Origin: Candidatus Methanoperedenaceae archaeon
Lineage (GTDB): Archaea; Halobacteriota; Methanosarcinia; Methanosarcinales; Methanoperedenaceae
NCBI GenBank assembly: GCA_963753595.1
Contig: CAVWCX010000011.1
Span: 1 to 37,919 of the forward strand
DNA: 37,919 nucleotides
Direction of reading: 5' to 3'
Below are positions 1-9,825 of this stretch, piece by piece. The notes under the pieces were generated by a model that saw only the letters and a list, made by a program, of their open reading frames with translations, ran no database searches and was not told the DNA's origin. Position numbers and translations under genes: made by a program. Numbering within the stretch: the first letter of the stretch is position 1; each line of letters starts with the position of its first letter.

Positions 1-370
1 CTATGTCCAGTTCATTGAAGAACTCGAAAAGCTCAACTTCAACAGGTATTTCATTTCTCTGGATCCACCTGTCCACAATTTCTGCAAATGATGTAGTATT
101 TACGACCATAACTGCAAGCAGGATATTTGAAGCATTATCTTCAATATAATGAACAATATTATCCTTTATCGCTTCCTGGCCTTTCCTTGTTACTTTGCTC
201 ATGTAGCCGAATCCCGGCATATCTGTAATTTGAATATTCTGATAAGGTAAGTGAAGGGGTTTTCTTGTTACGCCAGGAAGTTTTCCTACCGGAACTTTCT
301 TTCCCGTAAGCGCCCTGATCAGCGTGGATTTTCCAACATTTGATCTTCCGACAAAAATTATCTCTTTCAT
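1..370 (-). CDS. engB: GTP-binding protein EngB/YihA family (3' end runs off the window)
   Basis: Absent from the ORF track. Manual translation from ATG at 370 gives MKEIIFVGRSNVGKSTLIRALTGKKVPVGKLPGVTRKP...ITDMPGFGYM, with G1 GRSNVGKS, G2 PGVT and G3 DMPG; the frame is open to the window edge. Confidence 0.9.
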   Translation of the reverse strand, partial: MKEIIFVGRSNVGKSTLIRALTGKKVPVGKLPGVTRKPLHLPYQNIQITDMPGFGYMSKVTRKGQEAIKDNIVHYIEDNASNILLAVMVVNTTSFAEIVDRWIQRNEIPVEVELFEFFNELDI

Positions 371-394
371 GTAGCAACTGCATTTATCAAAGTC

Positions 395-410
395 ATATAA
401 AAATGCTTCC
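395..410 (-). promoter_or_regulatory. Probable BRE/TATA box of engB (likely leaderless mRNA)
   Basis: Minus strand GGAAGCATTTTTATAT lies about 25 nt upstream of the ATG, with no obvious SD sequence. Confidence 0.45.
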
Positions 411-446
411 AGCTGGTTCCAGCGCGCCACCTGTAATAAGATGAAC

Positions 447-2120
447 CTACGCCTTTGGTCTGTGCCTGAAAACTGCTGCGAATATCAATACAATGATCCC
501 AAACATGATATTGAACCCTGGAGTGATGGGGGTGGGAGTTGGTTCCGGGGGGATTGCTTGTGATGATTTTATATTTGACAGGGTCGTTTCTTGGGATTGC
601 ATTTCCTGGACATTTGGAGTTAAAGTTGGAATTGCTGGATTTATCGATCTGTTCATCGTTGGGTCGATCACTGTGATTACGGGACGTTCCGATTTTACCG
701 ATGAGCGTGTCATTCCCCTGTACTCCACGCCAGTGTAGTTAGCTATTGCCGCAGGCAGTTCAATATTTTCTCCTGTATTTATTCTTATGATATAGCTAAA
801 TCCTAATGAAGTATTTAACTCTAAAAATGTCGACTCAAGAGAAGTTGAACCGCTTACCAGGCTTAGATTCTCCGGAATGAAATCTTTAACTTCTATCCGC
901 GTCGGAATATTTCCTGTATTCTGAATTTTCACCGTCACTGTTACATCGTCACTGATGTTTGCAATTTGTTTATCTGTGGTTTTGTTAATTATTATTTTGG
1001 GTCCATTTACAATAACTGTAGATGAATTCGAAGAAATATTGTATTGTTTGTTATTGACTTTGAATTGGGCATTACTTTCCGGAAACGTAAATCCATTGAT
1101 GTTTGTTTCCAGGGGTTTGATAGAATATCCTATATCCTTCCACTCACCGGGCTTCAGGACAGGGATATTCCAGGTCAATGATGTATTAGATTTTAATTCA
1201 AAATTGGGGTTTATGCTATCAGTTAAGATAATATCGGTCATATCCATTGCGCCATTATTTGCAACATTTAATCTGACCATTATAATGTCACTGAGATATA
1301 TCCGGTTCTTGCTGACGGCTTTGCTTACTGAAAAATAATTGTTTTTCGGGGAAACTGTAATGGAAACCGATCCAGTTGATCTGTATTCCAGGTCTTTAAC
1401 ATCGAAACACTTTGTATCTGCACTTAAATTATATGTTTTCTGAGAGGCTACTTCAGGAACTAAGAATGCGACTTCATAACTTTTACTTTCACCTTTTTTC
1501 AACTCAAGATATACTTGATGGAGTTGCCCGGGATTGCCTCCCCTGAGAGCCAGTCCATCTGAATTAAGGATAACATCTACATTCTCAGCAATAGCATCAC
1601 CATTGTTTTTTATATCGACTTTGGCTGTTATGACCTGGTCGCTGCTTGAAGTGTATGATGCTTTTTCTGTCGTAACAGTTACATTAAGTTTAGGCTTTCC
1701 TCTTAATGAGATCGCAACTTTTGCCCATGGCTTATAGTATTCCATTACCCATTCTTTTGAATTTCCCGAAAGAAAACCCGTTGCCGAAATCTTGAACTCG
1801 TAATCAGGGTCTAATTCTGCTTCACTTTGCGTACTTAACAGGACTTCTTTAAGGAAGTTGCCATTCTTATATACTTCAAGATATACCATCGGATTAACTG
1901 CAGTTTCCGGGATTATTTCTCCTTTAAAGTTCTTAAATCCTCTAACGGGAGATGGAAATTGCACTGCTTTTACCGTATATGGTAAATTCGTGATATTATT
2001 TCCCTTGTAAAGAGTACCTTCAACCGCAGGTGCCCACTCTATTTCATCGGTTGTGAAAGCTGCCACCGTGAAAGAGCTGGCAAACCACAGGATTATTAAT
2101 AGAACGACGAATCTCTTCAT
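447..2120 (-). CDS. Secreted cell-surface protein with DUF11/BatD-like Ig-fold repeats and PGF-CTERM archaeosortase signal
   Basis: N-terminal signal peptide; repeated beta-rich units (VxVxIxNxG); Pro/Thr linker followed by TPGF, a TM helix and a basic tail (RHRPKA); many N-x-S/T sequons. Confidence 0.8.
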   Translation of the reverse strand: MKRFVVLLIILWFASSFTVAAFTTDEIEWAPAVEGTLYKGNNITNLPYTVKAVQFPSPVRGFKNFKGEIIPETAVNPMVYLEVYKNGNFLKEVLLSTQSEAELDPDYEFKISATGFLSGNSKEWVMEYYKPWAKVAISLRGKPKLNVTVTTEKASYTSSSDQVITAKVDIKNNGDAIAENVDVILNSDGLALRGGNPGQLHQVYLELKKGESKSYEVAFLVPEVASQKTYNLSADTKCFDVKDLEYRSTGSVSITVSPKNNYFSVSKAVSKNRIYLSDIIMVRLNVANNGAMDMTDIILTDSINPNFELKSNTSLTWNIPVLKPGEWKDIGYSIKPLETNINGFTFPESNAQFKVNNKQYNISSNSSTVIVNGPKIIINKTTDKQIANISDDVTVTVKIQNTGNIPTRIEVKDFIPENLSLVSGSTSLESTFLELNTSLGFSYIIRINTGENIELPAAIANYTGVEYRGMTRSSVKSERPVITVIDPTMNRSINPAIPTLTPNVQEMQSQETTLSNIKSSQAIPPEPTPTPITPGFNIMFGIIVLIFAAVFRHRPKA

Positions 2121-2321
2121 ATTATAATTATGATAATGATTTTGAAATAAATAGTTTACTATATCAAATTATAACAATTTTATGATGCAAAGATATATAT
2201 CTATGAATAACCAAACCAGAGTTAATCGGTTGGCTTATATATGGCAACTATTAGATGAGAATAATTATCTATGGCTGTTTTTTTTAGGTTAATTGGTTTA
2301 AAATATAAAGGAAAGAAATAA

Positions 2322-2513
2322 ATGGACAATGATAGAAGAGGCGGTTCACGCGGCGGGGGAGGCAGAGGCTTCAGACCCAGCGGACCAAGAGAAATGCATA
2401 AAGCAACATGTGCAGACTGCAAACAGGAAACTGAAGTACCCTTTGTGCCATCGGGCGACAGACCGGTATATTGCAGAGAATGCTACCAGAAACATAAGCC
2501 AGCGAGATATTAA
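2322..2513 (+). CDS. Small CxxC-x17-CxxC zinc-ribbon protein with Arg/Gly-rich N-terminus, copy 1
   Basis: CADC, exactly 17 aa, then CREC; PFVPSGDRPVYC motif typical of the family. Confidence 0.9.
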   Translation: MDNDRRGGSRGGGGRGFRPSGPREMHKATCADCKQETEVPFVPSGDRPVYCRECYQKHKPARY

Positions 2514-2553
2514 ACTATTTTTCTTATAATAGTTATATAAAAAGGTGAATTAA

Positions 2554-2745
2554 ATGGACAATGATAGAAGAGGCGGTCCACGCGGCGGGGGAGGCAGAGG
2601 CTTCAGACCCAGCGGACCAAGAGAAATGCATAAAGCAACATGTGCAGACTGCAAACAGGAAACTGAAGTACCCTTTGTGCCATCGGGCGACAGACCGGTA
2701 TATTGCAGAGAATGCTACCAGAAGCACAAGCCAGCGAGATATTAA
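2554..2745 (+). CDS. Small CxxC-x17-CxxC zinc-ribbon protein, copy 2
   Basis: Same protein as copy 1 except S9P; SD-like GGTGA upstream. Confidence 0.9.
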   Translation: MDNDRRGGPRGGGGRGFRPSGPREMHKATCADCKQETEVPFVPSGDRPVYCRECYQKHKPARY

Positions 2746-2785
2746 ACTATTTTTCTTATAATAGTTATATAAAAAGGTGAATTAA

Positions 2786-2977
2786 ATGGACAATGATAGA
2801 AGAGGCGGTCCACGCGGCGGGGGAGGCAGAGGCTTCAGACCCAGCGGACCAAGAGAAATGCATAAAGCAACATGTGCAGACTGCAAACAGGAAACTGAAG
2901 TACCCTTTGTGCCATCAGGCGACAGACCGGTATATTGCAGAGAATGCTACCAGAAGCACAAGCCAGCAAGATATTAA
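2786..2977 (+). CDS. Small CxxC-x17-CxxC zinc-ribbon protein, copy 3
   Basis: Protein identical to copy 2; SD-like GGTGA upstream. Confidence 0.9.
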   Translation: MDNDRRGGPRGGGGRGFRPSGPREMHKATCADCKQETEVPFVPSGDRPVYCRECYQKHKPARY

Positions 2978-2987
2978 GTATAAATAA

Positions 2988-3028
2988 CTTTTTTAGTTGG
3001 AGGGTTTTTTTAATAACCCTCATTTTTT
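2988..3028 (+). terminator. Probable terminator of the zinc-ribbon array
   Basis: T-tracts plus hairpin GAGGGTT (3000-3006) / AACCCTC (3015-3021), followed by ATTTTTT. Confidence 0.55.
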
Positions 3029-3049
3029 CAATTGTATCGGAATACCTTA

Positions 3050-3197
3050 GAGCTCTGCCGGGATTCATCGGTAAAGGAGGTTGACTGGATCGATATGTGC
3101 CATTCAAAGAGCCTGCGTTTGGGACAAAACATCGTTAATTCAACCCCAGTCGCCTTAGCAATGAGACACCCCACAAATCTACTGTGGGGAGCTTCAC
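3050..3197 (+). mobile_element. Orphan IS200/IS605-like right end or structured non-coding relic (no tnpA/tnpB)
   Basis: Subterminal hairpin CCCCACA (3169-3175) / TGTGGGG (3183-3189) followed by AGCTTCAC; the TCAC terminus is typical of IS605/IS1341 right ends. A long imperfect stem GGTTGA...TCAACC lies upstream, and the segment is more GC-rich than its flanks. Confidence 0.4.
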
Positions 3198-3240
3198 TCT
3201 AAAATCCAAAATATATATCTATGCTGCACTAAATCAATAT

Positions 3241-5784
3241 TCAGACAAGGTCAATGGTTAAAGTACCTCCATCAAGTACATCCTTTTCACCAACAGCAAC
3301 CTGCTTTGAGACATTACCTGCTGTCACGGAATAAGGACCCACAGGTCCTGTGTCAAACCGTGTCTCACCCAGGATCGGACCAAGAGTTGAATAAGGAACA
3401 ATAAATACATAAGTGCCATTTGAAGATGTCACCTGTTTGTATTGGATCGTTCTTCCAATATTCGTTTTTATCGTATTGGTCAGCGTGACGATCGTACCAG
3501 GTGGAGCACTTCCAGTGATTCTCGCACCTTTTACATATTCGAATATCTTCGCATATCCTGATTCTTCAACAGGCAGCGAATTTTCTCTATTTAAAATATT
3601 ATATATGGATTTATACACTTTTTCTTCATTGCCCCCTGTTACATATGGATTGGGAGTTGATTCATGCACAAGCCTGTAATTGCGCAGACCATTTGTATCA
3701 AAAATGTGGAGTTTTGATTCCATGGTATTATAATATTTCATAGATGGCCAGTATTGATCTCCCTTTGAGGTTCGTACCAATTCATAATATCCTGCGTCGG
3801 TAGTATCCCATTTTGCGATCGTTGGCTGTATCGCATATGCCATGTATGCATTGCTTACAACATACCTTGCCCCAGGCTTACCGTTGATGCCAAGATCATC
3901 AAGTACTTTATTGGCTTCATCTTCAGTTTGTGCGACGAGGAACGTGGAAGCTCCAGGCGCATGATTGTCACCTCCGCCAATTCCTGCCTGGAATGGGTTA
4001 GCGTTTGGAATTCGGTGTCCCCAGTATGTGATAATATGACCATAATCCCACCAGCTCATAACACCATAATCATTCCTGGAATAATTATATGGTTGGCCAG
4101 GTTCTGGTTTTTCGTAAATAGAATAATATGGTAAATCAGGCGCTGGGGTATTATCTCTCATCCATGTAAGCGCATCATGCCATTCATAAAATCCTGATGA
4201 AAGAGCACCCCACGGCGCCTGGTCCATGGTTATTTTATATGGAGATGCGCCAGATGGTAAAAATCCGGTCACAGCGATCACAAGGATAAAAGACAGGATA
4301 TGCTGGACACGTATCTTTTTCAGACATTTGAGAATATCGTTTGAATTGAACTTATTCCAATCCGCAAAGCCTAAAAATTTAGAGCCAAGAAATCCTGACA
4401 GGATGGCTACGTTTACCGCGTAATAATATGCGAACCGGTTCTGGGCTAGCATTATGCCAAGTACGCATACACTCCAGATGACAAGTAATGTGTATTCTGC
4501 ATTGGATTTTTTTATGGCATAATAACAAAGAAGAAGAATTGCAATATAAGACAGGATATAGTTATAACCAAAGTTTCCAACTGCGGACTCGTAAGTGATT
4601 GGAGAGGCTTCGCCTATTGTCTCTCCTCCCCCTGTAAAAGGCTTAAATACAGAAAACCATGTTCCAAATATGCTGTTATATAATTCGGGAATAAATATTT
4701 TCAATAAAAACAAAATTATTAATATTGCTCCAATCACGAATGACAGAAAATGATACACTTTATATTCACGTTTATTCATCTCTCTTGACACGAAACTTAA
4801 TAATAGGAAAAATAACGCTGCTCCCCCGGTTACTGTCAAATGTAAAAGAGAATATCGAGAAGGACCAAATCCATTATTAATTTCAATGTATGGTAATACC
4901 ATTATCATTGCGATCGTATAACTGATAATACCAATAATACCGAGATATTCAGTTGATTTTTTTCTGAAATGATCAATAATATATTGGACTACAATAAAAA
5001 TACTAAAGACCACAGCGAAAAAAACTCCGTAAGTCCAGAATAAAAGATATGCTCCAAAGGAAATACCTGCAAGAATAGAATATGCTATTGGTGATCTTAA
5101 AACAGCCCAATCTTTATTCTGCCAGTGCTCAAAAGTAATATTTTCAGATCTCTTGATCGCCATTATGAAAAATGCCATCATGAGAGTTGTAAAAAAAACC
5201 TCTGCAACATGGTGATCAGTAAATCCAAGAAGAGATCTCGAGAGAAACTGGCCGGGCAGTATTGCTATTAAGAAAGCACCCAGGAGGCCTGCTTTATTAT
5301 CCAGTAGTTCTTTTCCGATAAAGTAAACCGGAAATACTATAAGAGCCCCGATAACTGCAGGAAAAAATGCGCCAACGGTGTCAATCGTGGATTGTGAAGG
5401 CATTCCACCATTTAGAATTAAACCTGCTACTAATGCCAGGAAGGCGATCGCCTGGTCAAATAATGGCCCCCAGTGAATCGAGTTTCCTAAGGGATATAGT
5501 GTAAATGCGTCAAAAAATATCCTGTGAGGGAAAAACTGGATAGTGTTTTCAACCAACCTCATATGAAAAACAGAGTCATCCATTGCAAAACCAACGACCC
5601 CATTTCTAAAAACATTGTCTATTGGGGTAATTCCCCTGATATAAAATGAGAAAAGGAATATTGTAAATAATATAATATATGAAAGGTATGAGATACCAAA
5701 AAATGCTCCTTTTCCAGTCTCAATATTATTTTTCTTATTATCAGGTTTCTCCTTATATTGCTTCATGGATTTTACTTTAGCCAA
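3241..5784 (-). CDS. aglB: Oligosaccharyltransferase AglB (STT3 family)
   Basis: Multi-TM N-terminal domain with DSVFHMR, DHHVAE and ETIGE motifs; SWWDYGH and ANPFQ in the C-terminal domain. Start placed at TTG 5784 after GAGGTG (ORF open from 5823). Confidence 0.95.
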   Translation of the reverse strand: MAKVKSMKQYKEKPDNKKNNIETGKGAFFGISYLSYIILFTIFLFSFYIRGITPIDNVFRNGVVGFAMDDSVFHMRLVENTIQFFPHRIFFDAFTLYPLGNSIHWGPLFDQAIAFLALVAGLILNGGMPSQSTIDTVGAFFPAVIGALIVFPVYFIGKELLDNKAGLLGAFLIAILPGQFLSRSLLGFTDHHVAEVFFTTLMMAFFIMAIKRSENITFEHWQNKDWAVLRSPIAYSILAGISFGAYLLFWTYGVFFAVVFSIFIVVQYIIDHFRKKSTEYLGIIGIISYTIAMIMVLPYIEINNGFGPSRYSLLHLTVTGGAALFFLLLSFVSREMNKREYKVYHFLSFVIGAILIILFLLKIFIPELYNSIFGTWFSVFKPFTGGGETIGEASPITYESAVGNFGYNYILSYIAILLLCYYAIKKSNAEYTLLVIWSVCVLGIMLAQNRFAYYYAVNVAILSGFLGSKFLGFADWNKFNSNDILKCLKKIRVQHILSFILVIAVTGFLPSGASPYKITMDQAPWGALSSGFYEWHDALTWMRDNTPAPDLPYYSIYEKPEPGQPYNYSRNDYGVMSWWDYGHIITYWGHRIPNANPFQAGIGGGDNHAPGASTFLVAQTEDEANKVLDDLGINGKPGARYVVSNAYMAYAIQPTIAKWDTTDAGYYELVRTSKGDQYWPSMKYYNTMESKLHIFDTNGLRNYRLVHESTPNPYVTGGNEEKVYKSIYNILNRENSLPVEESGYAKIFEYVKGARITGSAPPGTIVTLTNTIKTNIGRTIQYKQVTSSNGTYVFIVPYSTLGPILGETRFDTGPVGPYSVTAGNVSKQVAVGEKDVLDGGTLTIDLV

Positions 5785-5874
5785 TGTACACCTCTGTAGA
5801 TTGGTAATAAGTGAAGTCACCACTAATAAAGATTATGGAAATTAGAGCTTTATATTATGTATTTTCAAATCGAT

Positions 5875-6774
5875 TCATTGATCATTCCTGGGTTCAAAAA
5901 TAACCTTCTTCTTGTAAGAAAGATTCATCACAAGGCGTTTTCCAGAGTTAACTAAAGACCTGACATTACTATCTCCAATTATATAGTTTAAAAATGGAGA
6001 GCAAATAGCCCAGGCATAAGATATGAGCCAGGGTATGGTAATAACCTTCAATCGATTGTTTTTTCGCGCTTTTGCATTCTCCTTAACCATCTTTATACAA
6101 TTGGAAGTAATTCCTCCTATCTGCATTCCTGTTACGATCAATCCATCTACAAAGATGGCATTTCCGCCATCTTTAAACGCCCTGATCAGCAGTTCATAAT
6201 CTCCTGCTATTTTGAATGATTCATCAAACATTCCATAGAGTTCAAAGATACTGCGATGGTGAAACATCCCTTGATGCGTAAAAGTGCCTATCCCATCTAT
6301 TATGATGCTCCTCCAGGTTTTCTCCCACGAATAACCATCAACACAACTTATCTTATTATCTCCTGTTACTCGTGCAACCTGTCCATATACCATCAATATG
6401 CCCTGGGATTCAGCCTTGATCATATGCGGCATTATCTCTTCAAATACACTACTTTTCCAGAGATAGTCGTCAGATCCCAGGAAGATTATCCATTCTCCTT
6501 TTGAGTGACCAAGTGCCTTATTCCATGCATGATATATACCGTTATCAGGTTCGGATTTCCAGTAAGTGATTTTATCCTGATTAGATTTTATGACATCTAT
6601 CGTGCCGTCTGTAGAACCCCCATCAATAATAATAAGCTCGTTATTGAGATAAGTCTGAGAAGATACACTATCAATACAGCGCTGTAAAGTCCTAGCACCA
6701 TTATACACTGCAACAATAACAGAAATTAAGGGTTTTGAAGTCATCTTATTTATTACTGGAATTTTTGTAGTCAT
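5875..6774 (-). CDS. GT2 glycosyltransferase (WcaE/WfgS-like, possible fucosyltransferase)
   Basis: [38 protein letters not shown] and AGDYE motifs; ATGA overlap with fcl. Confidence 0.85.
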   Translation of the reverse strand: MTTKIPVINKMTSKPLISVIVAVYNGARTLQRCIDSVSSQTYLNNELIIIDGGSTDGTIDVIKSNQDKITYWKSEPDNGIYHAWNKALGHSKGEWIIFLGSDDYLWKSSVFEEIMPHMIKAESQGILMVYGQVARVTGDNKISCVDGYSWEKTWRSIIIDGIGTFTHQGMFHHRSIFELYGMFDESFKIAGDYELLIRAFKDGGNAIFVDGLIVTGMQIGGITSNCIKMVKENAKARKNNRLKVITIPWLISYAWAICSPFLNYIIGDSNVRSLVNSGKRLVMNLSYKKKVIFEPRNDQ

Positions 6775-7709
6775 GCTTTTTTGCTTGTGTACCATTCATA
6801 TGCTTGCTTAATTCCATCTCTTAATGAAATCCTCGCATCCCACCCCAGCTTCCGCAACTTGCTGACATCCAGCAGCTTCTGCGGAGTTCCGTCAGGTTTT
6901 GTGGTGTCGTACACGATCTCACCATTGTATCCCACGATATCCCCTATTAATTCAGCCAGCTCCCTGATCGTAACGTCCTCTCCGAGTCCTATATTGACAA
7001 ACTCCCCGATATCCGGGGCATTAAAGTTTTCCATCAGGTACACGCATGCATCCGCCATATCATCCACATGCAGAAACTCCCTCCTGGGCGCTCCAGTTCC
7101 CCACACAACGACCTGCTGTGCATTGTTCAATTTTGCCTCATGGAACTTACGTATGAGCGCAGCCATGACATGGGATTTTTCAAGGTCGTAGTTGTCATTG
7201 GGTCCATAGAGGTTTGTTGGCATAACCGAGATGAAGTTCGTCGCATACTGCTGGTTGTAATGCTTGCACATCCGTATCCCTGCGATTTTTGCCACTGCAT
7301 ATGCCTCGTTGGTAATTTCGAGTTCACCTGTGAGCAGGTATTCTTCTTTGAGCGGCTGGCGCGCAAGTCTGGGATATATGCATGATGAGCCGAGGAATAG
7401 CAATTTTTTCACGCCAGTGGTGTATGAGGCATGGATGACATTGGCTTCTATCATGAGGTTTTCGTAGATGAACTCAGCTGGATATGTGCTGTTTGCAAGG
7501 ATTCCGCCAACCTTTGCTGCTGCTAAGAAGACATATTCCGGTCTCTGGGTTTCGAAGAAATTGTTTACTGCCTGCTGGTTGGTGAGGTCAAGCTCTGTGC
7601 GGGTGCAGGTTATGATGTTAAGGTAACCTCTGGATTTTAGGTTTCTTATTATGGCTGAACCTGCCATGCCGCGATGGCCGGCGATGTAGATTTTATCATT
7701 TTTTTTCAT
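6771..7709 (-). CDS. fcl: GDP-L-fucose synthase
   Basis: [44 protein letters not shown]...SHV and RREFLHVDD motifs. Confidence 0.95.
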   Translation of the reverse strand: MKKNDKIYIAGHRGMAGSAIIRNLKSRGYLNIITCTRTELDLTNQQAVNNFFETQRPEYVFLAAAKVGGILANSTYPAEFIYENLMIEANVIHASYTTGVKKLLFLGSSCIYPRLARQPLKEEYLLTGELEITNEAYAVAKIAGIRMCKHYNQQYATNFISVMPTNLYGPNDNYDLEKSHVMAALIRKFHEAKLNNAQQVVVWGTGAPRREFLHVDDMADACVYLMENFNAPDIGEFVNIGLGEDVTIRELAELIGDIVGYNGEIVYDTTKPDGTPQKLLDVSKLRKLGWDARISLRDGIKQAYEWYTSKKA

Positions 7710-7733
7710 CAAATATCCTCTAAAATTCAAATT

Positions 7734-8963
7734 TTACATTTGGGAGTATAAATCAATATACTTTTTGGCAATATACTTTAGTTCAAAATTCTTTTCTACA
7801 TATTTTCGCGAATTTTCACATAATACTTTTTTTCTTTGATCCTCCTTAACAATCCATTCAATGCCTTTTGCAAGATCGTCTGCATTAAATGGTTTGGCCA
7901 GATATCCATTTTCTTTATGGACGATCATATCTGACATCCCACCAATATTAAATGCAACTGATGGAGTACCACATGCTAAAGATTCCATGATAGTATTTGG
8001 CAAATTATCCTGTACAGAGGGTGCTACAAAGACATCGGCTGCAGAATATAATTTTGTCAACATATTATCTGGAAAATTTCCCATATAATTTATAGGAATA
8101 TTTACTTGACTATTTTTGCCCGAATTTCCAAATACTACAGCTTCAAAAGATGAATCTTCAGAAAGGACATTTATTGCGGATCTTAAATATTGAAATCCCT
8201 TTCTTTTATCCTTTATAGAATTCATCGCCCCAAATAGAATCAGATTTTTATCAACAGGTAAATTTAAATCTTCTCTCGCTTTTGATTTATCAATTGGTTT
8301 GAATTTTTGAAGATCAAGTCCGTTTGGGATCACTTCAATTTTTTTATCTCCAAACAAAGAACTTGAACGTGCGCATTTTGCCAGCCAGCGGCTTGGTGTG
8401 ACAACGGTAAAATCAATATTCGCCCAAAATTTCTTTTTTCGGCTCCAGACCCAATGACTTAAATCATTTTCTTTATCTGAACCAAGTTGTGGACATTTAC
8501 CACACTCGTACATGTATCTATCACATTTCCAATTATAATGGCATCCACCTGTAAATGGCCACATGTCATGGAGAGTCCAGATAATAGGCTGCTTTATTTT
8601 AGCAAGTTCCTCTATGGGAATAAAACCGTCACATATCCAGTGAAAATGTACAATGTCCGGATTTAATCGATTAATTTTCTTATGGATCTTGTTTGGAAGC
8701 CACTGAGGACTCCATACGGTTTTTTGAAATTTTGGATATAACAGTAAAGGCAACTGATCGACTATATAGCGAAAAATATAGTTAACACCTATCCCTTTCC
8801 ACCCTATCAGTTTTGGCCCGATCACAGAAATATCTGTACTGCGTTTATCCTGTACCAGCATTTTAGAATCGATTCCAGCCTGCTCCAACCCCTGGTGCAA
8901 TCTATAAGATGCCCTTGCAGCTCCGCCCCGAACATCTGATGTGTTGATTAGTAGAGTTTTCAT
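7734..8963 (-). CDS. GT4 glycosyltransferase (WcaC-like)
   Basis: GGAARA, WTLHDMWPFTGGCHY, IPNG and DNLPNTIMESLACGTP motifs. Confidence 0.9.
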   Translation of the reverse strand: MKTLLINTSDVRGGAARASYRLHQGLEQAGIDSKMLVQDKRSTDISVIGPKLIGWKGIGVNYIFRYIVDQLPLLLYPKFQKTVWSPQWLPNKIHKKINRLNPDIVHFHWICDGFIPIEELAKIKQPIIWTLHDMWPFTGGCHYNWKCDRYMYECGKCPQLGSDKENDLSHWVWSRKKKFWANIDFTVVTPSRWLAKCARSSSLFGDKKIEVIPNGLDLQKFKPIDKSKAREDLNLPVDKNLILFGAMNSIKDKRKGFQYLRSAINVLSEDSSFEAVVFGNSGKNSQVNIPINYMGNFPDNMLTKLYSAADVFVAPSVQDNLPNTIMESLACGTPSVAFNIGGMSDMIVHKENGYLAKPFNADDLAKGIEWIVKEDQRKKVLCENSRKYVEKNFELKYIAKKYIDLYSQM

Positions 8964-9778
8964 CTTACAATACTCTTAAATCTTGTATAAATCATATATG
9001 GTATATTCAAAACCGGGAATATCATCCGTGAAATTCGTTCATATCTGTTAATTTTTTGCCAATCTACGATAATATCTTTCTTTTTTTGATAGATTGTTGC
9101 ATGGCTGCCAATACATGGTCCTATCCTGTGAAGTCCCATGATATGAGTAAATATTCTAAATGTGTATCTAAGGTGAAATGTGCAAGGTAAATGACATTTG
9201 ATCACAGGCGAAAAATTATTTGCTATTATCAGATATCCGCCAATTTTTACATGCCCAACCATTTCAGAAAACAATTTTAACGGGTCTGGGACATGTTCAA
9301 GAACATCGGTACTCACAAGGCAGTCATATTTTTGATCAATGCTGTTTATAAAGTGAATATTGGAATAATCCATTGCCCTTAATAAGGCGTATTCACCTGG
9401 ATATGGTTCATAGATATCAACTGAAATGTTTGAATTCTTTCCAGCAATGAGGCGTGCCAGGGTTCCGAATCCACCGCCGTAATCTAAAACATTGTTGAAG
9501 TTCCTTTCAACAATCCAATCCGATATTGCATTGCGATGTTGCATAGAAAGTTCATGTTGTTCTATGAACATACCATTAAGCAGCCATACCGGGTGGGCAT
9601 AAAACTCGCTAACTTTATCCCAATCAGGATCTTCATTATTGCATCCAGTCTTATCCCACACATTGTCCATCAATTGCCACATATCTTCCAGTTGTGGGGG
9701 AGAGTGAGGGGATTGTGAAAGCATTGAATCAATTACTTCCAGGTCTTTTCTGGATAATCCTTTTCTATTAAATTTCAT
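8960..9778 (-). CDS. Class I SAM-dependent methyltransferase
   Basis: VLDYGGGFG motif I; YDCLVSTDVLEHV. Confidence 0.85.
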   Translation of the reverse strand: MKFNRKGLSRKDLEVIDSMLSQSPHSPPQLEDMWQLMDNVWDKTGCNNEDPDWDKVSEFYAHPVWLLNGMFIEQHELSMQHRNAISDWIVERNFNNVLDYGGGFGTLARLIAGKNSNISVDIYEPYPGEYALLRAMDYSNIHFINSIDQKYDCLVSTDVLEHVPDPLKLFSEMVGHVKIGGYLIIANNFSPVIKCHLPCTFHLRYTFRIFTHIMGLHRIGPCIGSHATIYQKKKDIIVDWQKINRYERISRMIFPVLNIPYMIYTRFKSIVR

Positions 9779-9825
9779 GAGTAATATATCTCACCAATCT
9801 ATTTCTATTTGAAATATCTGCCTCA

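Larger units (their letters stand above)
2319..2977 (+). repeat. Direct tandem repeat, 232-bp period, about 2.8 copies
   Basis: TAAATGGACAATG begins at 2319, 2551 and 2783; the two 40-bp spacers are identical and only a few substitutions separate the genes. Confidence 0.95.

Noticed and set aside
159-383. 74-aa minus-strand ORF in the track
   Set aside because: Wrong frame; the overlapping frame starting at 370 encodes clear EngB GTPase motifs.
2319-2977. Tandem repeat as a CRISPR array
   Set aside because: Units are 232-bp whole genes with identical spacers, and no cas genes are present.
2329-2987. Alternative-frame ORFs MIEEAVHAAG...
   Set aside because: +1 frame shadows of the zinc-ribbon genes; the substitutions are mostly synonymous in the zinc-ribbon frame.
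3198-3223. Similarity of the putative guide flank (ATATATATCTATG) to the promoter at 2193-2205
   Set aside because: Low-complexity AT-rich match with several mismatches in the bases next to TCAC; chance is likely.
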